Below are positions 7,963-16,921 of a stretch of DNA of 30,268 nt, one piece after another. The stretch lies in the NCBI GenBank assembly GCA_024274695.1, contig JAJSAI010000017.1:1-30268 (forward strand), given 5' to 3'. The translations under genes and the position numbers were made by a program. The notes beneath the pieces are model-generated. The model worked only from the letters and a program-made list of their open reading frames with translations, made no database searches and was not told the DNA's origin. This stretch comes from an archaeon. GTDB lineage: Archaea; B1Sed10-29; JAJSAI01. Positions within the stretch are counted from its first letter, which is position 1; each line of letters starts with the position of its first letter.

Positions 7963-8807
7963 AACAACGCTCCTATCAAGAAGCCTACGAGGGCAATGCC
8001 CATCGCGGCTAGAGTGTTCCTTCTGACCCTTTCAAGATCTTTCGCCTGGTAAGCGCTGGGCAGGCACAGTAGTGTGATATATGCCGCGGTTATCGCGAAC
8101 GGGATGAACAACGGGTCGAGATAGTACGGTCCAGGCTGTAGGAAAGGAATGAAGAGAACTATTACGCTCAGTAGCATGAAAAAGGTGGCGTGCCACGCCG
8201 CGTTCTTTTCCCCTATGATCACGGGCAGAGTCATCCTGCCTGTCCTCACGTCTCCTGGAAGATCCTGGATGGACTTCAACACTTCCCTCCCGAACCCGAG
8301 CAGGAATGCTGAAAGAGAAAGAATGTACGCGGGGCCGGTGATACTGCCCGCGGACGCCGCCTAGCCGAACAGGAATGGGATGGCCATACTCAGGCTTATC
8401 GCAAGATTGCCCAACACAGCGACTTTCTTCAGGAACCAGGAGTAGTAGAAGGAGAGTACTGCGAAGAAAAGGGCTATGAAGAAGCATCCCCAGTTTATCA
8501 GGGCTGCGGTGAGCACTCCTGCGGGCATGAAGAAAAGGAATGTGGCCAAAGCATGCTTCTCCTGGAGCTCCAGGGAAACGAGAGGCCTGTCCGTCCTTTT
8601 GTTCAGCCTGTCTGTCTCCAGATCAAAGTAGTCGTTTATGGCGAACGAACCCATTTCAATGAACAGGGGGGACAGGAAAACTGGGATCATCAAGCTCAGG
8701 GGAGGCACTCCTGAAGCGCCCATCACCGCGCCTATCAGTGCCGCGATTCCGAGGAACACCCCGTGCTCTAGCCGGGTAAGCCTCCAGAACGCGCGCGCCT
8801 TTTTCAA
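7959..8807 (-). pseudogene. UbiA-family prenyltransferase (probable digeranylgeranylglyceryl-phosphate synthase) interrupted by an in-frame TAG at 8361-8363
   Basis: NDYFDLETDRLNKRTDRPL motif before the stop and REVLKSIQDLPGD motif after it, in the same frame. 282 codons in total. TTG start with SD AGGTGA. Confidence 0.85.
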
Positions 8808-8813
8808 GAGTGC

Positions 8814-9521
8814 TCACCTAGCGAGGCTCTCCCAGAGCACTTCCTCCTTCGGGTTGACCACTATCCCCTTGTCAGTTATCTTGTAGGGATGCAGTTTCTT
8901 GTCGTGGTCAGTTCCTCTCATCTTTCTTATGAATATGACCCTCTGAGGGGGCTTGAAGTACAGTGCGATAACCCCGTCAGTTATGAACTCTTCAACCCCG
9001 AACCTGGAGAACTGGTCCCTCTTCCCGAAGGTCTCCGAGGTAAGAACAGTAGTGCACTTCAGTTCCTTCAGCTCGTCAACCAGCCTGAACAGGGAGTACC
9101 TGAGTTGTGACTCGCTCGGCATCCACATCCCGAAAGCAGTGGTGGAATCTATCACGAGCCTCTTTGCCTTGAGCTCGTCCACCAGCTCCTTTATTTTCGC
9201 TATCTCTTCGTCAAACCTTCTCGCAAACTCCGAGGGCTTTATCATCCCGACCCTGTAGAGTCTTATGAGCCCTTCATGCTCGTACTTTGCAAGATCCCAC
9301 CTGAAGTTCCGCACGTTCCACCACAGGTTGGTGACCCCTTCTTCCAGGGTAATGTATATGCCAGGGTCGTTGTACAATGCGGCCCCGTTGTAAATGTACT
9401 GCATTGCGAAGATAGTCTTCCCAGTACCTGCTCCTCCTGAAACAAGAACGCTTGCTCCTGGAAGGAACCCTCCCCTTAGAAGAGGGTCGAGTCCCGGTAT
9501 TCCTGTGGCTACTCTGTCCAT
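8814..9521 (-). CDS. Single-domain KaiC/RAD55-family ATPase
   Basis: RVATGIPGLD, GGAGTGKT, YITLEE, VIDS, GVEEFITDG, KMRGTDH. Confidence 0.9.
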   Translation of the reverse strand: MDRVATGIPGLDPLLRGGFLPGASVLVSGGAGTGKTIFAMQYIYNGAALYNDPGIYITLEEGVTNLWWNVRNFRWDLAKYEHEGLIRLYRVGMIKPSEFARRFDEEIAKIKELVDELKAKRLVIDSTTAFGMWMPSESQLRYSLFRLVDELKELKCTTVLTSETFGKRDQFSRFGVEEFITDGVIALYFKPPQRVIFIRKMRGTDHDKKLHPYKITDKGIVVNPKEEVLWESLAR

Positions 9522-9574
9522 GAAGCTGATAACGGAAACAAGGTTTATAAACTTTAACCCTCTTCTTTGAGATC

Positions 9575-10807
9575 ATGGGAGTGTACGAGGATTTTGTTGA
9601 CCTATCATACAATCCTTCTGAAAGGGATCTTGTTTGCACGTTTGAACTGAGCCCTTGCACCAGGAGGGCTGCGGGAGCGGTCGCGGCAGAATCCAGTATA
9701 GGAACCTGGACAAAGCTCACCACCCTTTCTGAAAAAACCAAGAAACGGCTCATGGCAAGGGTATTCTACATGGATGGGAAAAAGATCAAGGTGGCCTATC
9801 ATCCTGAACTGTTCGAGGAAAACAACATGCCCCAGATACTAAGCTCGATAGCAGGAAACATTTTTGGTATGAAGGAAGTGAAAAAACTCAGGCTCTTGGA
9901 CGTGAGGTTTCCTAGGAGGATAGCAAAATCCTTCCCAGGCCCTGCCTTCGGGATAAAAGGGATAAGAAAACTCACTGGAGTGAAGCACAGGCCGCTCATA
10001 GGGACCATAGTAAAACCGAAACTAGGCCTAAGCCCTGAAGAGCATGCCCGGGTCGCGTACGAGGCTTGGGTAGGAGGATGCGACATAGTCAAGGATGATG
10101 AGAACCTCAGCAGCCAGAAGTTCAACAGCTTCCTGAAAAGAATTGAGGCCACGCTCAAAGCAAAGAGAAAGGCCGAGAAGGAGACCGGAGAGGTCAAGAT
10201 ATACATGCCCAACGTGACCGCGGAGACGAAGGGAATGCTCAGGAGGGCTAAAGAGGTAAAGAAAAGAGCGGGAGAGTACGTCATGGTTGACGTTCTGACC
10301 GCGGGGTTCGCGGGAGTGCAGACCCTGAGGGAAGAGGAGCTGGGCAGAGTGATTCACGCTCACAGGGCAATGCACGCGGCCCTAACCCGGAGCAGGGACT
10401 TCGGTATCAGCATGAGCGTGCTCGCCAGAGTGTTCAGAACAATAGGAGTGGACCAGCTGCACGTGGGCACAGGGGTTGGCAAGATGGCGGAAGGCAGGGA
10501 CAAGGTCCTGGAAAACGTTCATGCCCTGACTGACGAGTACTACAACATCAAAAAAACCCTGCCAGTGGCTTCAGGAGGACTGCATCCAGGGATGGTTCCT
10601 GACTTGTTCAAGATTTTCGGTAAGGATGTGGTGATACAGGCAGGGGGAGGAGTACACGGGCACCCGAAGGGAACCCGGGCAGGAGCAGTGGCGCTGAGGG
10701 CAGCGGTTGAAGCCGTCGCGCAGGGAGAAACACTGACATGGGCTGCTGCAAGAACCCCTGAACTTCGGGAGGCTCTAGCGCACTGGAAAACGAGGACAAA
10801 GAAATAA
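9575..10807 (+). CDS. rbcL: Form III ribulose-1,5-bisphosphate carboxylase
   Basis: AAESSIGTW, GTIVKPKLG, GGCDIVKDDE, HAHRAMH, GKM, ASGGLHP, GGGVHGHP. Confidence 0.95.
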   Translation: MGVYEDFVDLSYNPSERDLVCTFELSPCTRRAAGAVAAESSIGTWTKLTTLSEKTKKRLMARVFYMDGKKIKVAYHPELFEENNMPQILSSIAGNIFGMKEVKKLRLLDVRFPRRIAKSFPGPAFGIKGIRKLTGVKHRPLIGTIVKPKLGLSPEEHARVAYEAWVGGCDIVKDDENLSSQKFNSFLKRIEATLKAKRKAEKETGEVKIYMPNVTAETKGMLRRAKEVKKRAGEYVMVDVLTAGFAGVQTLREEELGRVIHAHRAMHAALTRSRDFGISMSVLARVFRTIGVDQLHVGTGVGKMAEGRDKVLENVHALTDEYYNIKKTLPVASGGLHPGMVPDLFKIFGKDVVIQAGGGVHGHPKGTRAGAVALRAAVEAVAQGETLTWAAARTPELREALAHWKTRTKK

Positions 10808-10860
10808 ATACCACTGACGACAGAATTATTTTCAGTCCTGCAGGAAGAGGTGTTGTGTTG

Positions 10861-11016
10861 ATGGAAATGAGAAAAGTTTGCCCGATCTGTTTTTCAGAAA
10901 GAGGATTTTCAGTAGTGCTCGAAAAAAGGGACGAGCTCTACCTGTGCCCGTACGAGAAAAGCCACGTGTTCAGACTGGACGACAAGGGTAACCTGATAAA
11001 AACAAGGGTATTCTAA
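10861..11016 (+). CDS. 51-aa putative zinc-ribbon protein (not in ORF track)
   Basis: MEMRKVCPICFSERGFSVVLEKRDELYLCPYEKSHVFRLDDKGNLIKTRVF; SD GAGGTG at 10847-10852; followed by a hairpin. Confidence 0.7.
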   Translation: MEMRKVCPICFSERGFSVVLEKRDELYLCPYEKSHVFRLDDKGNLIKTRVF

Positions 11017-11032
11017 AAGGTTGCCTTTTAGA
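11012..11032 (+). terminator. Hairpin overlapping the stop of the small Zn-ribbon gene
   Basis: TCTAAAAGG-TTG-CCTTTTAGA, a 9-bp stem. Confidence 0.45.
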
Positions 11033-11103
11033 GGAGAATACTCGTCAAACCCGTACAGGTAAGGGAACGGGTTAAAAAACGCTTTCTGTTTATTCTCCTG
11101 GGC

Positions 11104-12879
11104 ATGAGAGTGTTCTTCAGGCATGACAGTCTTAGGAAGGGACAGGAGACAATAATACGCGAGGTCGCGAGAACCGTTGTAGACAGGGACCATCTTCTCC
11201 TGCAGGCGCACACAGGGCACGGGAAGACCGATGCGGTCTTGTCCGCAGCAGTTTCAGCAGCCCTGGACCAGGGAATGAGGGTCTTGTTCCTTACTCCGAA
11301 AAAGAGCCAGCACGCCCTCGCGATACAGGTGATTAAGGACCTTAACGAGAAGCACGGGCTTGAACTATCCGCTGCTGATGTCTTAGGGAAGAGGGAGTAC
11401 TGCCTTTCCAGGGCCAGGGAGGTAAGCGAGTTTTACGAGTACTGCAGCCTGCTGAAGAAAAGGGGGCTATGCCCCTACTATTCAGAGTACAGGAGAGCCG
11501 GCGGGCCTGACTTGCCCCTCGTGAGAGGGAAAAAAGAAGTGCTGAACGCGTGCAGGAGAGCAAGGATTCCACCCTGTCCCTACGAGGTGCTCCTTGATTC
11601 CGCGCAGGACGCTGACGTGATCGTGGCAGACTACAACTACCTTTTTTCTGGCATAAGAAAAATTTTCCTGGCAAGAACCAGAATCTCCCTGCCAGAAACG
11701 ATACTGGTCGTGGACGAGGCTCACAATCTTGCCGACAGGGTCAGGGACAACATGAGCGCCACCCTCACTAACAGCACTCTGCAAAAAGCGGTGCGAGAAG
11801 CCAGGGAGCTGGGAGAAGACGCGGGAGAACTTGAGGCCCTCACAAGGATTATACCCTCCTACGCGGAGGATCCTGAAACGATAATGGAAAAACCAGAAGT
11901 GCCCTGTCCAGACCTGAAGAACCTTTGGCGTCTGGGAATGGAGTGGCTAGAGTCCCACGAGAAAAGCAGCCTGCTGAAAGTCTGGTCTTTTTTCATGGCG
12001 TGGGAACAGGAGGGTCCTGAGTTTTTCAGGATCCTGAGAAAAAAGGAGAGAGGATTCTCTCTTTCAGTAAAGTGCCTTGATCCAGGGAACGTCACAGAAC
12101 ACGTTTTCTCGAAAGCGGGAGCAAGCATCCTAATGTCAGCCACGCTCTCCCCTTTTGATATCCACACGCGACTTCTCAGGATAAGAGAGCACAGGACACT
12201 GTCTGTTCCTCCTGTGTTCCCCCCTGAGAACAGGCTCTGCCTGGTCTCAAGCGCTTCCACCAGCAGGTGGTCTGAAAGAAGTGATCAGGAGTACGAGAGG
12301 ATGGCAAGAATAGCGTCAGAACTCAAGAGAGTGACCCCCGGGAACACTGTCGTGTTCTTCCCAAGCTTTGAGTTCATGAAAGAAGTCAGCTCTCGCACGC
12401 GGACCGCGCACGTCTGCCAGGCGGCGCAGGGCGTTGGAGGCGTGCTAGACTCGATGGGAGGGGAGGGGAATGCCCTGGTCTACGCGGTCTCAGGAGGAGT
12501 GCTCGCAGAGGGAGTGAACCTGCCTGGAGTCCGAACGGTAGTGGTGGCGGGACTGCCGGTGCCGTCTCCTGACCCTGAACAGCTCGCGCTACAAGAGTAC
12601 TACGAGAGGATGTTCGGCAGAGGGTACGAGTACGCGTTCTTATACCCTGCCCTGAGAAAAGCGTTGCAAGCGGCAGGGAGGTGTATTAGGGGAGAAAAGC
12701 AGAAGGGAGTCATAGTGTTCCTGGACCACAGGTTCAGGAGGTACCTGCCCATGATACGGAATTATTATCCTGACGCCAGGCTCGCGGGAGATCCCGTGCC
12801 CATGGTTCAGGAGTTCTGGAGTGTTAGAGCATCCTGCGCGCGGTCAGGATCCTCTTCTCCAGAGAGTAGAATCCTATGA
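11104..12879 (+). CDS. xpd: XPD/Rad3/DinG-family Fe-S DNA helicase
   Basis: Q-motif LRKGQ, AHTGHGKT, four Fe-S Cys, DYNYLF, DEAHNL, SATL, FFPSF, QAAGRCIR. Confidence 0.9.
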   Translation: MRVFFRHDSLRKGQETIIREVARTVVDRDHLLLQAHTGHGKTDAVLSAAVSAALDQGMRVLFLTPKKSQHALAIQVIKDLNEKHGLELSAADVLGKREYCLSRAREVSEFYEYCSLLKKRGLCPYYSEYRRAGGPDLPLVRGKKEVLNACRRARIPPCPYEVLLDSAQDADVIVADYNYLFSGIRKIFLARTRISLPETILVVDEAHNLADRVRDNMSATLTNSTLQKAVREARELGEDAGELEALTRIIPSYAEDPETIMEKPEVPCPDLKNLWRLGMEWLESHEKSSLLKVWSFFMAWEQEGPEFFRILRKKERGFSLSVKCLDPGNVTEHVFSKAGASILMSATLSPFDIHTRLLRIREHRTLSVPPVFPPENRLCLVSSASTSRWSERSDQEYERMARIASELKRVTPGNTVVFFPSFEFMKEVSSRTRTAHVCQAAQGVGGVLDSMGGEGNALVYAVSGGVLAEGVNLPGVRTVVVAGLPVPSPDPEQLALQEYYERMFGRGYEYAFLYPALRKALQAAGRCIRGEKQKGVIVFLDHRFRRYLPMIRNYYPDARLAGDPVPMVQEFWSVRASCARSGSSSPESRIL

Positions 12880-13381
12880 CTAACAGCAGGAACACCGCCT
12901 CAGCCACAAAACCCGTGGCCAGCCCCGCGAACAGCACGAGCGACCTGACGGGCCTGAGGCTCAGTCCCTCCCCAATCCTCTTTTTCCCGGACTCTGCCTC
13001 CAGAACCGCGCTAGCATAACTGGCCAGCACAACAACGCATAGCGTGAACACCCCGGGAAAAGCAGGCACGATTCCCGCAAGGACCACGCTGGACAACAGG
13101 GTCATATCCACGATCCTGTCCGCGGTCTTGTCAAAAAAGCTTCCGAACCTTGACTTCTTCCCTTTCACCCTGGCAACCTGGCCGTCAAGGGCGTCCAGCA
13201 GGCAGGACAACCCGAAAAACCCTGCTGCTAGAACAAGCCTGCCTTCCAGCACGAGGTATCCTGAAAAGAACGCGAGGAATACCGAGAAGAGGGTGATCAT
13301 GTTAGGAGAGAGGGGACAGTACCCTGCGATTCCTGAAAACACCTTTGACTCCAGCTGCTCTTTTAGTTTAAGGTATTCCAT
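12824..13381 (-). CDS. CDP-alcohol phosphatidyltransferase
   Basis: SPNMIT; signature DALDGQVAR...GSFFDKTADRIVD. Confidence 0.92.
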   Translation of the reverse strand: MEYLKLKEQLESKVFSGIAGYCPLSPNMITLFSVFLAFFSGYLVLEGRLVLAAGFFGLSCLLDALDGQVARVKGKKSRFGSFFDKTADRIVDMTLLSSVVLAGIVPAFPGVFTLCVVVLASYASAVLEAESGKKRIGEGLSLRPVRSLVLFAGLATGFVAEAVFLLLVIGFYSLEKRILTARRML

Positions 13382-13856
13382 GGTACCAGCCTGTCACGTA
13401 CTCGATCCCATAGTACGCAGCGTATGATATTAAAATGTACTTGACTATTTTTCCAGCGGCCGTGACCGCAAAAAACCTTCTGAAGGAGTAGTTCACCACA
13501 CCGCAGAACAGGCCGATTAAGTCAAAAGGAAGTGGGGACACCGCGAACACGAATATTATAACCTCTGCACCGTACTTCTGAAAGTACTCTCTGACCACCG
13601 CCAGTTTTTCCTCAAGATCATATTTTTTTGAAGCTAGTTTTTCCCCACCATAGGCCATCCAGTAGGACACTGTCTCTCCCACCGCTGCCCCGAGCCCTGC
13701 GAACACTCCTAAAAGAATAGGGTCGAAGAACTTGGACGCTGCCATGGCTGCCACGACCAGGAACCCGGGGGTCGGCAGGAAGAGGGTGGCCGAGGACAAG
13801 ACGCCTGCCAAGAATGCTCCAACGTAACCGAGGGAGTACAACACTGAAAGGTCCAT
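13368..13856 (-). CDS. DedA/VTT (SNARE-associated) membrane protein
   Basis: FLPTPG, GAAVGETVSYWMA, SPLPFD, AGKIVKY. ATG 13856 preferred. Confidence 0.85.
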   Translation of the reverse strand: MDLSVLYSLGYVGAFLAGVLSSATLFLPTPGFLVVAAMAASKFFDPILLGVFAGLGAAVGETVSYWMAYGGEKLASKKYDLEEKLAVVREYFQKYGAEVIIFVFAVSPLPFDLIGLFCGVVNYSFRRFFAVTAAGKIVKYILISYAAYYGIEYVTGWYHGIP

Positions 13857-13909
13857 CGGAAAATGCTTAGACCACAAGCGATATATAAACAGTTCTATTC
13901 TTATCCATT

Positions 13910-14326
13910 ATGAGCATGGTACTTCAGCTCGGCGTGTTCATCAGCTCGTTCGATCCCGAGAAGGCGGGAAAAGCCGCGAGGGCAGTGGCGAGGAAGGTCA
14001 ACGGCAGAATAGGGTACTACCAGTCCAGGATCCCGCTGTCCACCACCCTCCTCACCCCAAGGCAGGGAAAAAGAACCGATCCTTCAAAGGCGAATCACGT
14101 GATCGTGACCGCAGAAGGTGAGAAGATCCTTGAGCTTTACGGTACTCGGGCACGGGCTTCTGGCAGGCTATACCGTAATGACCCTGCACTGGTCAGGATC
14201 CTCGCGGATCATGATGTGTACACTTTTGAGTCCTTCAAGAAACGGCATCCCGGAGTGAGGGACTTCATGCTCTTCGCGGGAACAGCGCTCATCATCCTGG
14301 GGCTCCATAATGCGGTAGTTTCCTAG
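13910..14326 (+). CDS. Hypothetical protein with C-terminal TM anchor
   Basis: 138-aa ORF about 20 nt after a TATA box; hydrophobic C-terminus FMLFAGTALIILGL. Confidence 0.55.
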   Translation: MSMVLQLGVFISSFDPEKAGKAARAVARKVNGRIGYYQSRIPLSTTLLTPRQGKRTDPSKANHVIVTAEGEKILELYGTRARASGRLYRNDPALVRILADHDVYTFESFKKRHPGVRDFMLFAGTALIILGLHNAVVS

Positions 14327-14429
14327 CCGAACGCGCTGAACGCCTGCCTGAACTTTTTCGGGAGCCTGCTCGTGGCAGTATACTCCTGATGGAAAAGGGT
14401 TTTAAACGCTCGTAAGGGAATGATAGATC

Positions 14430-16382
14430 ATGGCGTACAAGTACATCGTCACCAGCGCGCTGCCTTACGTTAACTACGAGCTGCATCTTGGGCACTTCGC
14501 CGGTTGTCTCCTGCCCGCAGACGTTTACTCCCGGTTCCTGAAACAAAAAGGAGAAAAGTGCGTCTACGTGTGCGGTACTGACGAGTACGGTACTCCTAGC
14601 ACTATTGAGGCTGAAAAGGAAGGGATTCCTGTAGAAGAGCTTGTCAGGAAGAATCACGAGAAGCAGCTTCAGGCCGTGAAAGGGTTTAACCTGGACCTTG
14701 ACATTTTCTCTGGAACTTCCCTCGCAGGAGAAGAGCACGTGAAGACCGTCCAGGAAATGTACGAGAGGATGAAAGCAAACAACTACATATACAAAAAGGA
14801 AATAGAACAACTGTACTGTCCAAAGTGCGAGAGGTTCCTGCCGGACAGGTACATCCAGGGAACATGCCCCTACTGCGGCGGGAAGGCAAGGGGGGACCAG
14901 TGTGAGGAGTGCAACAAAGTCCTGGACCCCACGGAGATACAGGAGCCCAAGTGCATAGTGTGCGGGACCACCCCTGAAATCAGGAAGACGGAGCACGCGT
15001 TCTTTGAACTGAGCAAACTGGAGGACCAGCTGAAGGAATGGGTGGAGAACAACAAGCACTGGCCGGCTAACGCGAGGAACACTGCTCTCGCGTGGATAAA
15101 GCAGGGTCTTAGGGACAGGGACATAACAAGGAACATGAGCTGGGGAGTCCCGGTTCCAGACCTTCCAGGACAGGTGTTCTACGTCTGGTTTGATGCGCCA
15201 ATAGGGTACATCACGTTCACTAAGCAGATAGACAGGGAAAACTGGTGGCATGATGCGAACACCAGGATCGTGCACTTCCTTGGAAAGGACAACATCCCCT
15301 TCCACACGATAATGTTCCCTGCAATGCTAATGGCTGATGGGACATACACCCTCCCCTACCAGGTAGTGGCACAAGAGTACCTTAACTACTCTGGAGGAAA
15401 GTTTTCAAAATCAGCGCGCAGGGGGCTCTTCGCTCTTGATGTCCTGGAACTGCTTCCAGCAGACTACTGGAGGTATTACATAATTTCTGTGCTTCCCACG
15501 TCCCATGACACTGACTTTACCTGGGAGGACTTCCAGCAGAAGATAAACTCGGAACTGAACGACACTCTCGGGAACTTCGTGCACAGGACTCTCATATTCA
15601 CCAAAAAGTTTCTGGAAAACAGGATACCTGGTCCAGAGGGGCTCACGCCGGAAGACGAGCAGGTCATAGCCGATGCAGAGGCGGCGTTCAGGAAAGCAGA
15701 AGAACTCTTGTACAACATACGGCTGAAGGAAGCGCTTGACAGAGTAATGGAGATAGCAAGAATAGGCAACAGGTACCTGACAAGAGAGGAACCCTGGAAA
15801 AACAAGGACAGGATGGCCCCCGTCGTGCACACGTGCCTCCGGCTTGTCAAGATGCTGGGGATAGCGTTAGACCCGTTCATTCCAGAGTCCGCGGGAAGGA
15901 TAAGGGAATGGATAGGGGTTGACACCAAGGAATGGGACAAGGCATTAGAGCCCATTAAAGCAGGGACCCAGGTGGGCGAGTTCAAGCCCTTGTTCTCCAA
16001 ACTGGATAACAAAAAAATAGAAGAACTTCGGAGAAAAGTGGAGGGAGGAGATGAGAACGTGATAGAGTACTCTGACTTTGAAAAGCTTGATCTCAGGATC
16101 GCGAGGGTTGAGTCTGCTGAGAAGGTGCAGGGAGCTGACAAGCTCCTCAAGCTAGATCTTGATCTTGGAGAAGAAAAACGGACAGTGGTCGCGGGAATAG
16201 CCCCGTACTATTCTCCAGAGGAGATTGTTGGAAAGAAGATAGTTTACCTGAAGAACCTCAAGCCAAGAAAGCTCAGGGGAATAGAATCCCAGGGCATGAT
16301 ACTGGCCGCAGAAGACGAAGAGGGAAGAGTGGCCTTGCTCACTGTGGACAGGGAAATCGGCCTGGGGGCTAAGGTGGAGTGA
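14430..16382 (+). CDS. metG: Methionyl-tRNA synthetase with C-terminal tRNA-binding (Trbp111-like) domain
   Basis: TSALPY, HLGH, GTDEYG, Zn knuckles, YVWFDA, GKDNIPFH, KFSKS, C-terminal GIESQGMILAA. Confidence 0.97.
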   Translation: MAYKYIVTSALPYVNYELHLGHFAGCLLPADVYSRFLKQKGEKCVYVCGTDEYGTPSTIEAEKEGIPVEELVRKNHEKQLQAVKGFNLDLDIFSGTSLAGEEHVKTVQEMYERMKANNYIYKKEIEQLYCPKCERFLPDRYIQGTCPYCGGKARGDQCEECNKVLDPTEIQEPKCIVCGTTPEIRKTEHAFFELSKLEDQLKEWVENNKHWPANARNTALAWIKQGLRDRDITRNMSWGVPVPDLPGQVFYVWFDAPIGYITFTKQIDRENWWHDANTRIVHFLGKDNIPFHTIMFPAMLMADGTYTLPYQVVAQEYLNYSGGKFSKSARRGLFALDVLELLPADYWRYYIISVLPTSHDTDFTWEDFQQKINSELNDTLGNFVHRTLIFTKKFLENRIPGPEGLTPEDEQVIADAEAAFRKAEELLYNIRLKEALDRVMEIARIGNRYLTREEPWKNKDRMAPVVHTCLRLVKMLGIALDPFIPESAGRIREWIGVDTKEWDKALEPIKAGTQVGEFKPLFSKLDNKKIEELRRKVEGGDENVIEYSDFEKLDLRIARVESAEKVQGADKLLKLDLDLGEEKRTVVAGIAPYYSPEEIVGKKIVYLKNLKPRKLRGIESQGMILAAEDEEGRVALLTVDREIGLGAKVE

Positions 16383-16387
16383 TTAGG

Positions 16388-16579
16388 ATGAGGAACGAGG
16401 ATGTTGTGGAACTTCTTGAAAAAAGGATAGACCGCCTGGAAAGAGGTGTGATCAGAGGCAGGGGGCGTGTTCAAGGAGACCTTGAAAGGATTGAAAAACT
16501 CGTTAAGGCATGTCTGCTTGTCTCCTGCGCGGTGCTCTCTTTTCTGATAGGCCTTTTCATCAGGAGCATGTTATCTTGA
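16388..16579 (+). CDS. Small coiled-coil protein with C-terminal TM
   Basis: Follows metG by 5 nt; LLEKRIDRLE...LLVSCAVLSFLIGLFI. Confidence 0.55.
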   Translation: MRNEDVVELLEKRIDRLERGVIRGRGRVQGDLERIEKLVKACLLVSCAVLSFLIGLFIRSMLS

Positions 16580-16846
16580 TATCTTTTTCTTGGCGTCCTC
16601 CAGGCCTATCCTGAGTATAACCTGGGGAGTTCCTTTTTTGAACCGTATCCCTCCGAACACGCTCGTCATGTGGAACGGGTCCTCGGGAGACATCCTCATC
16701 TCGGACAGGATTGTCCCAACGAGCCTGCTGGCGCAGGACCCGCAGACCCTCGCCTCGTCAGCCACAGTAGAAGAGGGTGTGACGTCTCTTAGGATCCATT
16801 CCACGCTTTCATCAATCTCTTTCTTGCACAGCCCGCACAACACCAT
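16571..16846 (-). CDS. Hypothetical C4 zinc-finger protein
   Basis: CGLC...CGSC; AT-rich promoter upstream. Confidence 0.6.
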   Translation of the reverse strand: MVLCGLCKKEIDESVEWILRDVTPSSTVADEARVCGSCASRLVGTILSEMRMSPEDPFHMTSVFGGIRFKKGTPQVILRIGLEDAKKKISR

Positions 16847-16921
16847 TTGTGAGTATAAAGGACGTAATTTTATTTAATTGTTCCGTTTTGTTTTTAAACC
16901 AGAAAACCCTTTTCTTGGACC

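Noticed and set aside
8814-9521. Circadian clock
   Set aside because: Single-domain KaiC-like proteins with no KaiA or KaiB in the window.
14327-14400. Possible ncRNA upstream of metG
   Set aside because: Several CTGA motifs but no C box and only short, weak stems.
14292-16150. Long antisense ORFs (337 aa, 224 aa) and similar shadow ORFs elsewhere
   Set aside because: They lie opposite well-supported genes such as metG and have no recognisable motifs.
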